A stretch of DNA of 64,000 nt from Candidatus Omnitrophota bacterium (lineage in GTDB: Bacteria; Omnitrophota; Gorgyraeia; Zapsychrales; Fredricksoniimonadaceae): the NCBI GenBank assembly GCA_015232565.1, contig JADFZK010000009.1, forward strand, positions 3,725-67,724. The letters are read 5' to 3'. Under the pieces are notes generated by a model. That model was not told the DNA's origin. It ran no database searches and saw only the letters and a program-made list of their open reading frames with translations. The position numbers were made by a program, and so were the translations under genes. Shown here piece by piece: positions 56,289 through 64,000 of the stretch. Every line of letters starts with the position of its first letter. Position 1 is the first letter of the stretch.

Positions 56289-57158
56289 ATGGCAATAATT
56301 GAACCGGTTATCCGGCCTCCGGCAGAAGCCGGCAGTTTTCTTTTGCAGGTCACCCTGGGGTGTTCTTCTTATACCTGCAGTTTTTGCGGGGCTTATCAGA
56401 ATAAACCTTTTCAGGTCAAGAATCCGAAAGAGATAACAGCGGATATAAACTGGTATGCCGCAAGGTATCCGGATACCCGCCGGGTGTTCTTGATGGACGG
56501 CGACGCGCTGGTTTTGGGCAATAGCAAGCTGGTGCCGATCTTAAAAGAATTGCAGGTGGCTTTTCCTTTGTTGTCCCGGGTGGCCAGTTACGCGAGCGGG
56601 GACAATCTTGTCCGCAAGACCGATGCCGAGCTGGCGGAGTTGGCGGCCGAACGGTTAAGCCTGATCTACCTGGGCCTGGAAAGCGGCAGTCAGGATATAT
56701 TGCACCGGTGCGGCAAGACGTCCAGCGTGGAGGGCATGATAGACGGGGTGAACCGGGCGGCTCGCGCGAACATAAAGTCATCGGTAATAGTTTTGCTTGG
56801 CCTGGGCGGCAAGGCGCGTTCGGCAGAGCATGTGCAAGGCACGATCACAGCGTTGAATCGGATGCAACCCCGTTACCTGTCGTTCCTTTCCTTGATGGTC
56901 ATTCCCGGCACCGCCCTGGCCAAAGAAGTTCGGGGGGGAAAGTTTCAGGAGCTCAGCCCCCGGGAATTGTTGCAAGAGTCGCGAGATATTATTGCCGGAC
57001 TGGATCTGCACAAGACGGTGTTCCGCTCGGACCACGCTTCCAATCATCTGGCCCTGGAAGGGGTGTTCCCGAAGGATAAAGCTTTATTATTGCGGGCTTT
57101 GCGGGCGGCTCTGGACGGCGAGACAGCTTTAAGGCCGGAGTTCTTCCGGGGGTTGTGA
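56289..57158 (+). CDS. Radical SAM protein with a non-canonical CX4CX2C cluster motif
   Basis: The only cysteine triad near the N-terminus is GCSSYTCSFCG. Radical SAM core spacing follows. No auxiliary domain recognised. Confidence 0.55.
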   Translation: MAIIEPVIRPPAEAGSFLLQVTLGCSSYTCSFCGAYQNKPFQVKNPKEITADINWYAARYPDTRRVFLMDGDALVLGNSKLVPILKELQVAFPLLSRVASYASGDNLVRKTDAELAELAAERLSLIYLGLESGSQDILHRCGKTSSVEGMIDGVNRAARANIKSSVIVLLGLGGKARSAEHVQGTITALNRMQPRYLSFLSLMVIPGTALAKEVRGGKFQELSPRELLQESRDIIAGLDLHKTVFRSDHASNHLALEGVFPKDKALLLRALRAALDGETALRPEFFRGL

Positions 57159-57373
57159 CGCCGGGGCCCGCGAGACAGTCCGCGCCTGTCATAGCGCTTG
57201 CGCAGGTTGCGCTTTTGTTATAGAATGCCGGGCTTTATCCCGGACAATGCCGTAGCGTGCAAATAACTTGAGCTCGGCCGGGTTTTAGCTGGAAAGCCAT
57301 ATTTATGATATTATGGCTAAAGATGGTGTTACAACGACCGTAACATTGTTGAGATTTAGAGGCCTTGATTTGT

Positions 57374-57448
57374 GTCCCTGTAGCTCAGTTTGGATAGAGC
57401 AACAGCCTTCTAAGCTGTGGGTCGCCCGTTCGACTCGGGCCAGGGACG
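57374..57448 (+). tRNA. tRNA-Arg (anticodon TCT)
   Basis: Acceptor GTCCCTG/CAGGGAC, D-arm GCTC-AGTTTGGATA-GAGC, anticodon stem ACAGC/GCTGT with loop CTTCTAA, T-arm GCCCG-TTCGACT-CGGGC. Confidence 0.85.
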
Positions 57449-57484
57449 CTTTAATTTAATTCCGGCATCTTTGGGTAAGGCGTT

Positions 57485-58558
57485 ATGAAGAGGATCTTAC
57501 TTATTGTGGTGTTCTTTCTGGCGCTGGTTGGCGCGCTGGCCTTTTGGTTCGTGTCTGTTCAGGGGCGCGGGCTGGTGGTGGCGGAGTTGGAACGGATAAC
57601 GGGTAAGAAAGTTACTCTGGGAGCGGTGCAATACGTTCCTCCGGCGGCGCTGGCGTTGAAGGACCTGCGGATCGAGGGCCTGGCGCGTATTCCCCGGGCG
57701 GTGGTAATTCCTCATGTGGGTGCGTTACTGGGCGGGCGTCTGGAAATTGCTTCTTTAGAGCTGCAGTCTCCGGAGATCAATATAAGTTTGCCGTCTGCGG
57801 GACTGGCCGATGCGGTGGCGGAAGGTTCCGGGGAGGCGATAAGCGCGGGGCAAACGCTGGATGTTAAGCCTGTCGCCAAGGCGGCGGGGTTGGCTGATCC
57901 GGAGCAGGCTACCGTGGCGGCTGTTAGTGTTCAGCGTGCGGTATCGATAGATCTGGTGAGGGTGAGCGATGGTACGGTGATGGTGCAGGCGCCGGTAACC
58001 GGCAAGACCTGGATACTGGAAGAAGTGCGGGGAGATCTTTGGCATTTTGCGTTCTTTGGCGCAGTGCCGGTTAAGACCGAATTTGTTCTGGAGTGTTCGC
58101 TGGCCAAACTGAATGTGCCTTTTGTGGGCCATTTGGGCCGGGCCAAGGGTTGGGTTAATTGGGCGGCGCGCGATATGGACGCCAAGGTCGAGGCGCTGGA
58201 TGGCGAAGGGCGCGTGGGCCTGTTTGCGGTGCTTACGTCGCGCGCGAATGATTGTGAAGTAAAGGGCCGGGCTTTATTGTCTTCCCGGCAGACCGCGCAG
58301 GCTACGGCCAAGAAGTCCAAGATGATCGAGGCGACGGTGTTGGACTTGCTGGGGTCATTAAAAACCGATATTGCGGCGGGTTTTTCCTTCCGCACTTTGC
58401 TGGATCGATTTGAGATCGGCAAGGTTAGTATTACCGGGAATATCACGACCGGGTTGCAAAGTGAGGAAATATCAGGTAATATTGTCGGAAGCCTGAAGGC
58501 TGCGGGAGCGAAGCTTTTGGAAAAAGATAAAGCCGCTACAGTGAAGCCGTTAAAATAG
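57485..58558 (+). CDS. Hypothetical membrane-anchored protein (N-terminal TM; AsmA-like N-terminal region possible)
   Basis: Single N-terminal TM (LLIVVFFLALVGALAFWFV). The remainder is predicted periplasmic, beta-rich and low-complexity. Confidence 0.35.
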   Translation: MKRILLIVVFFLALVGALAFWFVSVQGRGLVVAELERITGKKVTLGAVQYVPPAALALKDLRIEGLARIPRAVVIPHVGALLGGRLEIASLELQSPEINISLPSAGLADAVAEGSGEAISAGQTLDVKPVAKAAGLADPEQATVAAVSVQRAVSIDLVRVSDGTVMVQAPVTGKTWILEEVRGDLWHFAFFGAVPVKTEFVLECSLAKLNVPFVGHLGRAKGWVNWAARDMDAKVEALDGEGRVGLFAVLTSRANDCEVKGRALLSSRQTAQATAKKSKMIEATVLDLLGSLKTDIAAGFSFRTLLDRFEIGKVSITGNITTGLQSEEISGNIVGSLKAAGAKLLEKDKAATVKPLK

Positions 58559-58562
58559 TACA

Positions 58563-58823
58563 TTGCTTCTGGGGAATGTTATGATGGACAAACCGGTAAG
58601 AGCCGCAGACAGGCCGTTCCCGTTGGCGGTGGAAGCCGGGAAAACATATTCCTGGTGTGCTTGTGGTTTGAGCAAGTCTCAGCCTTTGTGTGACCACGCG
58701 CATCGCAATGACACGATATTTAAGTCGGTCAAATTTGTTGCACCAGAAAGCAAGACCGTTTATTTATGTGGTTGTAAGGCCACCAAGACTCCTCCGTTCT
58801 GTGACGGGAGTCACAACGATTAG
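58563..58823 (+). CDS. CDGSH-type iron-sulfur domain protein (two CDGSH motifs)
   Basis: CACGLSKSQPLCDHAH and CGCKATKTPPFCDGSH. Confidence 0.75.
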   Translation: MLLGNVMMDKPVRAADRPFPLAVEAGKTYSWCACGLSKSQPLCDHAHRNDTIFKSVKFVAPESKTVYLCGCKATKTPPFCDGSHND

Positions 58824-58931
58824 CATGGCCCGTGTTCGGGACCCGTTGGAGTGCATGGTTTGTGTAGTTCCCGAAGGCGCTAATGCCTGAAAGGCGGTTT
58901 TAGTTGTAGGGTCCTTGTATTGTGTTTTCAT

Positions 58932-59008
58932 GGTGGCTATAGCTCAGTTGGTAGAGCCCTAGATTGTGGTTCTAGTTGTCGCGGGTTCAAATCCCGTTAG
59001 CCACCCCA
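58932..59008 (+). tRNA. tRNA-His (anticodon GTG), with encoded CCA
   Basis: GGTGGCTATAGCTCAGTTGGTAGAGCCCTAGATTGTGGTTCTAGTTGTCGCGGGTTCAAATCCCGTTAGCCACCCCA. Closely matches the canonical bacterial tRNA-His, including the extra 5' G. Confidence 0.9.
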
Positions 59009-59414
59009 TTTATCGTAAGTTGTTGCAGCGCAATAACTTACAACACAGAGCCCGGCGATGAATAATCGTCGGGCTTTCGTATCTAGCGATGTTTCAAATG
59101 GTTACGGCATCACATTTCTCGTCGATGTCGGACTCTTTCCGCTATCTTATCTCCGTCGACAAATAGAGAACGCTGAATGCCAATATTGTCGGCCAAATTG
59201 GACCAATCCTCTCCTAGTTTCTGGTCGCTAGTTTAAGCCATAATACTTATATAGGGCGGTCTTCTGCCGTCGGGAATCTAATCATAAACTAGGAGTTTAG
59301 CTAGTTAATGCAGAGAGAGTTTCTGGGGGCTGGCTTTCTTGACTTGGAGAAAGTGGAGGATGCCGGTATAATATTCAAAATTAAATCCTTAATGGCTGGC
59401 GGGGAGAACTCAAA

Positions 59415-61811
59415 GTGTTACACAAAATAGAGAAATTGGTCTCAATAGGAAAATTTAAGAACTATCAAGCGACAGGTGATGTCAGCTTTAAGAAGTTGGT
59501 TCTTTTCTACGGTGATAACGGAACGGGCAAGACAACATTAACCGCAGTTCTTCGCTCATTGACTCAAAATAAGCCAGAGATAATTTCAAGGCGTCTTTCA
59601 ACTAATGCCACAGCTGCGCAAGAAGCGCATGTCCTTCGGATTGATTCAACGGCCCATCCAATTCAGCATACTCTGAGGACTGCGGGATGGTCGAATCTCC
59701 CTCCTGAAATTGAGATTTTTGATGCACATTTTATTGCTGAGAACATTTATTCTGGCTTCGATTTCAATGATGAGCATAAAAAGCAGTTGTACGAGTTTGT
59801 TATAGGTGCTCAAGGGGTGGCTATAAAACAGGCTATTGAGCAGAATAAAGCAGATAAAGCCGGATCTCGTCAGCTGCAGACAAATTTGGAGACCCAAATA
59901 GTACAGCAGGTGGGTAATGGGTTAACATCAGAGATGATTGTGGCATTCACAAGTATTCCCGCGTCAGACGCTGTTGGCGTTGACGCTAAAATTGTTATAG
60001 CTGAAGCGGCATTTAATACGGCAAGATCTAATGCGGTTATTCGGTCACTGCAAACATTGACACCTCTTGGAAATATAACATGGGGGATTAATTTCGCTGA
60101 GCTCAGTTCAAATTTGCAAATGACGACTGCGACCATCCAGAATGCCGTGTTACAAGAAATCTTTGAAAGGCATTGCAGTGATTTGACGGCGCATTCCTTA
60201 ATTGATCCTAGAGGATGGCTACAAAAAGGTTTTGAGTATGTGCGCAATAAGAAAGGTGGCGTGTCAGCTGCTTCGGTGGAGTGTCCTTTTTGTAAAACAG
60301 CAATTGATGATCATCGGGATATCATTAAGGCGTACGCCTTACGGTTTGATAGTTACTTCAATGATTTAATTAGAAGGTTGCAATCAGATCTCACCGCACT
60401 TGAAGCTCTTAATTTAAATGTAATTGCGCAAGCTGTAGGTGCTACGAAACAAATGAATACTGAGCGAGCTACTTTTTGGGCGCAACATATAACAACACCT
60501 GCTCCGAGTAGAACCGTAATTACATCTCTTGTAGGTCTTAAAGACCAGCTTCAGGTGGTTATTAATTTAGTTAAACAAAAGATTGAGAATCCTTCTTTGG
60601 CGGTGTCAATTGCGTCGATAGATGCGTTCCAACTTTCTTTGGATGAGGTGGATGCGAACATTGTTGGCTACAATCAACAGGCCGCGGGATACAACGCAGC
60701 TATTGCTACACTTCGTGCGGGTATTCAAACTGAGCAGCAGGCTGAAACAGAGCTCAATCGATTAAAAAGAATAAAGCAAAGGTTTGTACCAGCAATTGAT
60801 ACTCTTTGCGTTCAGTTGACGGCAGAAAAACAACGCTTAAGGAATCTGGATACCTCTTATACACAATTAGTCGAGCAACAAGAGCGGGCAGCTTCCGCTC
60901 TCTTTTCAAATTATAAAGATAGAATTAACCACTATCTTGATGTTGTTTTTAAGACGCCATTTAAGATTGATGCGGTTAGTCATGTTCGTCCACTAGGGAG
61001 AGCCATCCAGAGTAAGATTCAATACAAACTTACCATCAATGGGAATGACATATCATTTGATCCAAATGATCGTTTGAGTGTGAAAGATTGTTTGAGCGAG
61101 GGAGATAAAAGTACGATAGCTTTGGCGTTATTCTTATCGAAAATCGATGTCGAGTCCACAAAAGCAAACAAGATTCTTGTTTTCGATGATCCTCTTTCCA
61201 GTTTTGACAGGAATCGTCGAGGGTACACTATTAGCCTGATACAGAATTTGATGTCTGCTGTTAAGCAGGTAATAGTGTTGAGCCATAATGAATTTTTTCT
61301 TCATGAATTAGGGAAGGGGGTGCCTCGGGGTGATAAGAAGATCCTGAGGATTGTCGAGGATCTCTTATCACGGGAGTCCAGAATTGAGCAGTTAGATTTG
61401 GATACCTTGGTCGAAAATGATTATTTTAAGCACATAAAAGCATTGGAGAGTTTTTTGGCTTCTCCGGATATTTTGAAGAAGGATTGGATATTAGGGCTGA
61501 TACGAAATGTGTTGGAGGCCCATATACGATTTAAGTTTTATAGGCAAACAGTTGGGATTCCTGAGGGGCACAGGACTTTTGGAAGACTGATAGAGGAGCT
61601 TGTAAATACCCGCGTTGTTTTTAGAGCAGACACAACTCCTCCTTCAAACATTATGAGGTTGCGGATGTTGAATGGTGTTTCTTGGAGGCCGCATCATGGT
61701 GAGCCTGCGCCTGACTATACGGTTTTAGGTGTTGATCCGAATACAATTAGCGTGACAGAACTTGGCGGCTTTATTCGGGATGCTTTAGATTTGATTGATA
61801 ATAAGCTATAA
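59415..61811 (+). CDS. RloC/PrrC-like protein: ABC ATPase head split by a long coiled-coil with a CxxC zinc hook, plus a C-terminal HEPN-like (Rx5H) domain; putative anticodon nuclease
   Basis: GTG start with a GGCGGGGAG RBS. Walker A GDNGTGKTT at ~aa 33. CPFC zinc hook in the ~350-aa coiled-coil. ABC signature LSEGDKST, Walker B ILVFDDPLSSFD, H-loop LSHNEF. C-terminal RNVLEAH (Rx5H). 798 aa, similar in length to known RloC. Confidence 0.5.
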   Translation: MLHKIEKLVSIGKFKNYQATGDVSFKKLVLFYGDNGTGKTTLTAVLRSLTQNKPEIISRRLSTNATAAQEAHVLRIDSTAHPIQHTLRTAGWSNLPPEIEIFDAHFIAENIYSGFDFNDEHKKQLYEFVIGAQGVAIKQAIEQNKADKAGSRQLQTNLETQIVQQVGNGLTSEMIVAFTSIPASDAVGVDAKIVIAEAAFNTARSNAVIRSLQTLTPLGNITWGINFAELSSNLQMTTATIQNAVLQEIFERHCSDLTAHSLIDPRGWLQKGFEYVRNKKGGVSAASVECPFCKTAIDDHRDIIKAYALRFDSYFNDLIRRLQSDLTALEALNLNVIAQAVGATKQMNTERATFWAQHITTPAPSRTVITSLVGLKDQLQVVINLVKQKIENPSLAVSIASIDAFQLSLDEVDANIVGYNQQAAGYNAAIATLRAGIQTEQQAETELNRLKRIKQRFVPAIDTLCVQLTAEKQRLRNLDTSYTQLVEQQERAASALFSNYKDRINHYLDVVFKTPFKIDAVSHVRPLGRAIQSKIQYKLTINGNDISFDPNDRLSVKDCLSEGDKSTIALALFLSKIDVESTKANKILVFDDPLSSFDRNRRGYTISLIQNLMSAVKQVIVLSHNEFFLHELGKGVPRGDKKILRIVEDLLSRESRIEQLDLDTLVENDYFKHIKALESFLASPDILKKDWILGLIRNVLEAHIRFKFYRQTVGIPEGHRTFGRLIEELVNTRVVFRADTTPPSNIMRLRMLNGVSWRPHHGEPAPDYTVLGVDPNTISVTELGGFIRDALDLIDNKL

Positions 61812-63416
61812 GTTATTGGGGGCCGAGCGTAAGGACTCCCATACGGCATTTTGTTTTTCCCAGGCTGTCTCATCGGTAATATTTCGCAGTTTGTACTCGG
61901 GAATGGTTGAAATGATGTCACTGGGGAAAAACAGGATCTCTTCCTGAATCTTCGGCGATAGCATCAGGCAGTTTGTGATTTGATTGATCCTCTGCGGGCT
62001 CATGTTAAGCCAGCCCGAAATCTCCTTCAGGTCTTTTGCCCTTCCATCTGCTAGAACCGTCTGGATCTGGTGCGCCAGGATTAGGTTCTGTCGCAATTGC
62101 GGTTCGGCCTTGATCTTTTCGGAGTGGGGCGGTTCGTTGACCCTCTTTAGACTTTTCAGTTCGACTTTGAATACGTGGCTTTTTTGGTTTTTCTTGAGGA
62201 TGATCTCGAGAAGGCCATCAGGTGCGTCATAATGAATGGCTTCCACGTGTGATTTGAGAATGAGGACTTGTTTCTCCATCGGCGTTATCTCCCATGAATT
62301 GATGCCAATGGCCGGGTCTTTAACGATGGTGCGTAGGCATTCCATGACTTTGGCTTCTGTCATGTGTCCATTCACAAGTTTCGTTGGGCAGATGCTATAG
62401 CCGCGCTTGCTGGCGTTCAGGCAGCAGTAGTAGCTGTAGCGCTGGCCGCCTTTGTTGGCATAGGTGCTGTACATGCTGCTGTTGCAGGTCTTGCACCGGA
62501 TAAGTCCGCTCAAAAGTCCGAGGATCTTCTCGCGTTTTTTATTGCTTTCAAAAGGCTGCTTTTCGGTTAATACTTTTTGTACGGTTTGAAACGTCTGTTC
62601 ATCAATCATCGGCTCATGCTCGCCAGGATATATTTTTCCCTGGTAGTTGACCTTCCCTGTATAGAGGACGCTCTTCAGGATATGGGCAATACCTGTGCAT
62701 TGGAATTGAACATCGCCGAAAGTGCGTCCGGATTCCGAAACATGCTTCTTGGTTCGGAAGCCTTTATAATTCATGAGCTCGGTCACCGCGATGATCGATT
62801 CTTCCTGAAGGTATAATTCAAAGATCTTCTTAACGACCAGAGCCTCGGGTGGATTAATAATCAGTTTATGGTTTTCCCGGTCAATAATGTATCCCAGAGG
62901 CGGCCGTCCGCCGATCCATTTGCCTTTGACGCGGGCAGCGCCCATCTTGTCGCGGGTGCGTTCGCTGATGATCTCACGCTCAAACTGCGCGAAGGACAGA
63001 AGGATGTTGAGCGTGAGACGTCCCATGGACGTGTTGGTGTTGAAGTGCTGGGTGACGGAGACGAACGCCACTTTGTTTTTATCGAAGAATTCCAGCAGCT
63101 GGCTAAAATCAAGCAGTGAGCGCGACAGGCGGTCAACCTTGTAGACCACGACACAGTCAATCTCTCCGGCTTTGATATCGGCAATAAGTTTTTGAAGAGC
63201 AGGGCGGTCCGTGTTCGCGCCCGTGAACCCGGCATCATCGTAGTGTCCGGGTGAAAGTATCCACCCTTCGGACTTTTGGCTGGTGATGTAGCTTTCGCCG
63301 GATTCACGCTGGGAATCAAGGGATGTGAAATCCCTTTCAAGATTGTCGTTGGTCGACACGCGGGTGTAGATGGCGCATCGAAGCGGTTTCTTCTCTTGGG
63401 TCTTTGTATCCTCCAT
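61806..63416 (-). CDS. Large serine recombinase (resolvase catalytic domain, recombinase domain and zinc-ribbon)
   Basis: N-terminus CAIYTRVSTNDNLERDFTSLDSQRE (catalytic Ser), DRLSRS motif, and a C-terminal Cys cluster (CKTCNS...YYCC). Confidence 0.85.
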   Translation of the reverse strand: MEDTKTQEKKPLRCAIYTRVSTNDNLERDFTSLDSQRESGESYITSQKSEGWILSPGHYDDAGFTGANTDRPALQKLIADIKAGEIDCVVVYKVDRLSRSLLDFSQLLEFFDKNKVAFVSVTQHFNTNTSMGRLTLNILLSFAQFEREIISERTRDKMGAARVKGKWIGGRPPLGYIIDRENHKLIINPPEALVVKKIFELYLQEESIIAVTELMNYKGFRTKKHVSESGRTFGDVQFQCTGIAHILKSVLYTGKVNYQGKIYPGEHEPMIDEQTFQTVQKVLTEKQPFESNKKREKILGLLSGLIRCKTCNSSMYSTYANKGGQRYSYYCCLNASKRGYSICPTKLVNGHMTEAKVMECLRTIVKDPAIGINSWEITPMEKQVLILKSHVEAIHYDAPDGLLEIILKKNQKSHVFKVELKSLKRVNEPPHSEKIKAEPQLRQNLILAHQIQTVLADGRAKDLKEISGWLNMSPQRINQITNCLMLSPKIQEEILFFPSDIISTIPEYKLRNITDETAWEKQNAVWESLRSAPNNL

Positions 63417-63426
63417 GTCGTTTCCT

Positions 63427-63963
63427 TTACAGGTTAAAGAACGAGTATCCGTTCCAGTGCGCTCCCGTCAGTTCCTGAGCGATTGCAGTCAGGGTGCGAT
63501 AGACTTTGCCGTTGTATTCGAATCCTTTCTCCAGAACCTTCACCCGGATTTCCTGGCCTTTGTAGTTCTTGCGGATGATCGTTCCGGGGATCGGCAGGCG
63601 TTTATCCCTTAAGGAGGGAAGCGCCGCAGTTTCCTTCTCGGTAGATGTGACGGTTGGTCGTAGGGCCTTGTTGTTGATCGGATCGTATTGTTCAATGAGG
63701 AAAGCAAGCCGGTCTTTGGCTTTGGGCGACAGGGAGCCGAATTCCTGTTCTTGCAGGCGATAGGCGATTTTGCGCCACAGGAAGACCTTGTTGCTGGAAG
63801 GGGCGTCATTGACGCCGAATACCTCTTTATAACGCGCCGCAAGGGCCTCTAATGGCTGGTTTCTCAGTGATGTGATCTCGTCGGCAATGTCTCTCACCAT
63901 ATCGCTCCTTTCGTTAGTCATATACAGCCATACGTTCGGAGAGATAGCAAGTTGTATTGTCAC
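63427..63963 (-). CDS. DUF2924-family protein (common partner of large serine recombinases)
   Basis: About 178 aa. Resembles DUF2924 proteins (ALAARYKEVFG..., FLWRKIAYRLQE). Sits immediately upstream of the recombinase on the same strand. Confidence 0.45.
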   Translation of the reverse strand: MTIQLAISPNVWLYMTNERSDMVRDIADEITSLRNQPLEALAARYKEVFGVNDAPSSNKVFLWRKIAYRLQEQEFGSLSPKAKDRLAFLIEQYDPINNKALRPTVTSTEKETAALPSLRDKRLPIPGTIIRKNYKGQEIRVKVLEKGFEYNGKVYRTLTAIAQELTGAHWNGYSFFNL

Positions 63964-64000
63964 GAGAGACGCAAAAGTTATAGAGCGATTTAATAGTGGC

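Larger units (their letters stand above)
59009..64000. mobile_element. Integrated genomic island inserted 3' of tRNA-His (RloC-like gene, large serine recombinase, DUF2924 protein); the right end lies beyond the window
   Basis: Abrupt drop to AT-rich composition directly after the tRNA-His CCA. Carries a recombinase plus a DUF2924 partner, which is a typical serine-integrase module. Carries a defence-type cargo gene. Confidence 0.6.

Noticed and set aside
59330-59375. Candidate sigma70 promoter (TTGACT ... TATAAT) upstream of the RloC-like gene
   Set aside because: The -10 TATAAT is good, but the best -35-like hexamer is 22 bp upstream. Too uncertain to call.

Overview
This ~64 kb window is a high-GC bacterial chromosomal segment, read almost entirely on the + strand as compact, frequently overlapping operons. 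Between the conserved blocks sit several AT-rich accessory islets.

Conserved housekeeping genes and operons:
- ECF/cobalt ABC transporter (cbiQ/cbiO).
- A tRNA-binding protein, a CxxCxxCC/DUF2156-like fusion, a DnaQ exonuclease, and pabB-pabC.
- An Lrp regulator with an aminotransferase.
- A PfkB kinase with a SemiSWEET-like transporter.
- era, nth, a split MgtE-like sensor with an Nramp transporter, rpsU, purH, folC, mnmE.
- mutS-mutL, a secretin, an amidase, murI.
- queD-queC-queE-queF-rph-rdgB.
- A 1002-aa AsmA-family protein (minus strand), a peroxiredoxin, ptsP (GAF-EI).
- A PHP-GT4 fusion, an RNB exoribonuclease, a radical SAM protein, a CDGSH protein.
- tRNA-Pro(TGG), tRNA-Arg(TCT) and tRNA-His(GTG).

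Accessory and unusual content:
1. Three paralogous secreted proteins with a TPR-like head and a long coiled-coil, two of them tandem on the minus strand.
2. An AT-rich islet (21.3-22.8 kb) with three small orphan ORFs.
3. An accessory block (26.7-30.1 kb) holding a Phd/VapC toxin-antitoxin pair, an AlbA_2/HATPase_c_4 protein with an internal 11-bp tandem repeat, an ankyrin protein, a duplicated ~95-bp leader in front of two cassette-like genes, and a MITE-like inverted-repeat element abutting mutS.
4. A decayed mobile-element scar next to tRNA-Pro: a tyrosine-integrase box-II fragment, a DUF1016/YhcG fragment, paired hairpin repeats and a truncated tRNA-Pro copy.
5. An island inserted immediately 3' of tRNA-His that carries an RloC/PrrC-like ABC-ATPase with a zinc hook and a C-terminal HEPN domain (a putative anticodon nuclease), a large serine recombinase and a DUF2924 protein. 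The island continues past the window end.

No CRISPR array and no rRNA were seen. All functional calls rest on motif recognition by eye; no database search was run.
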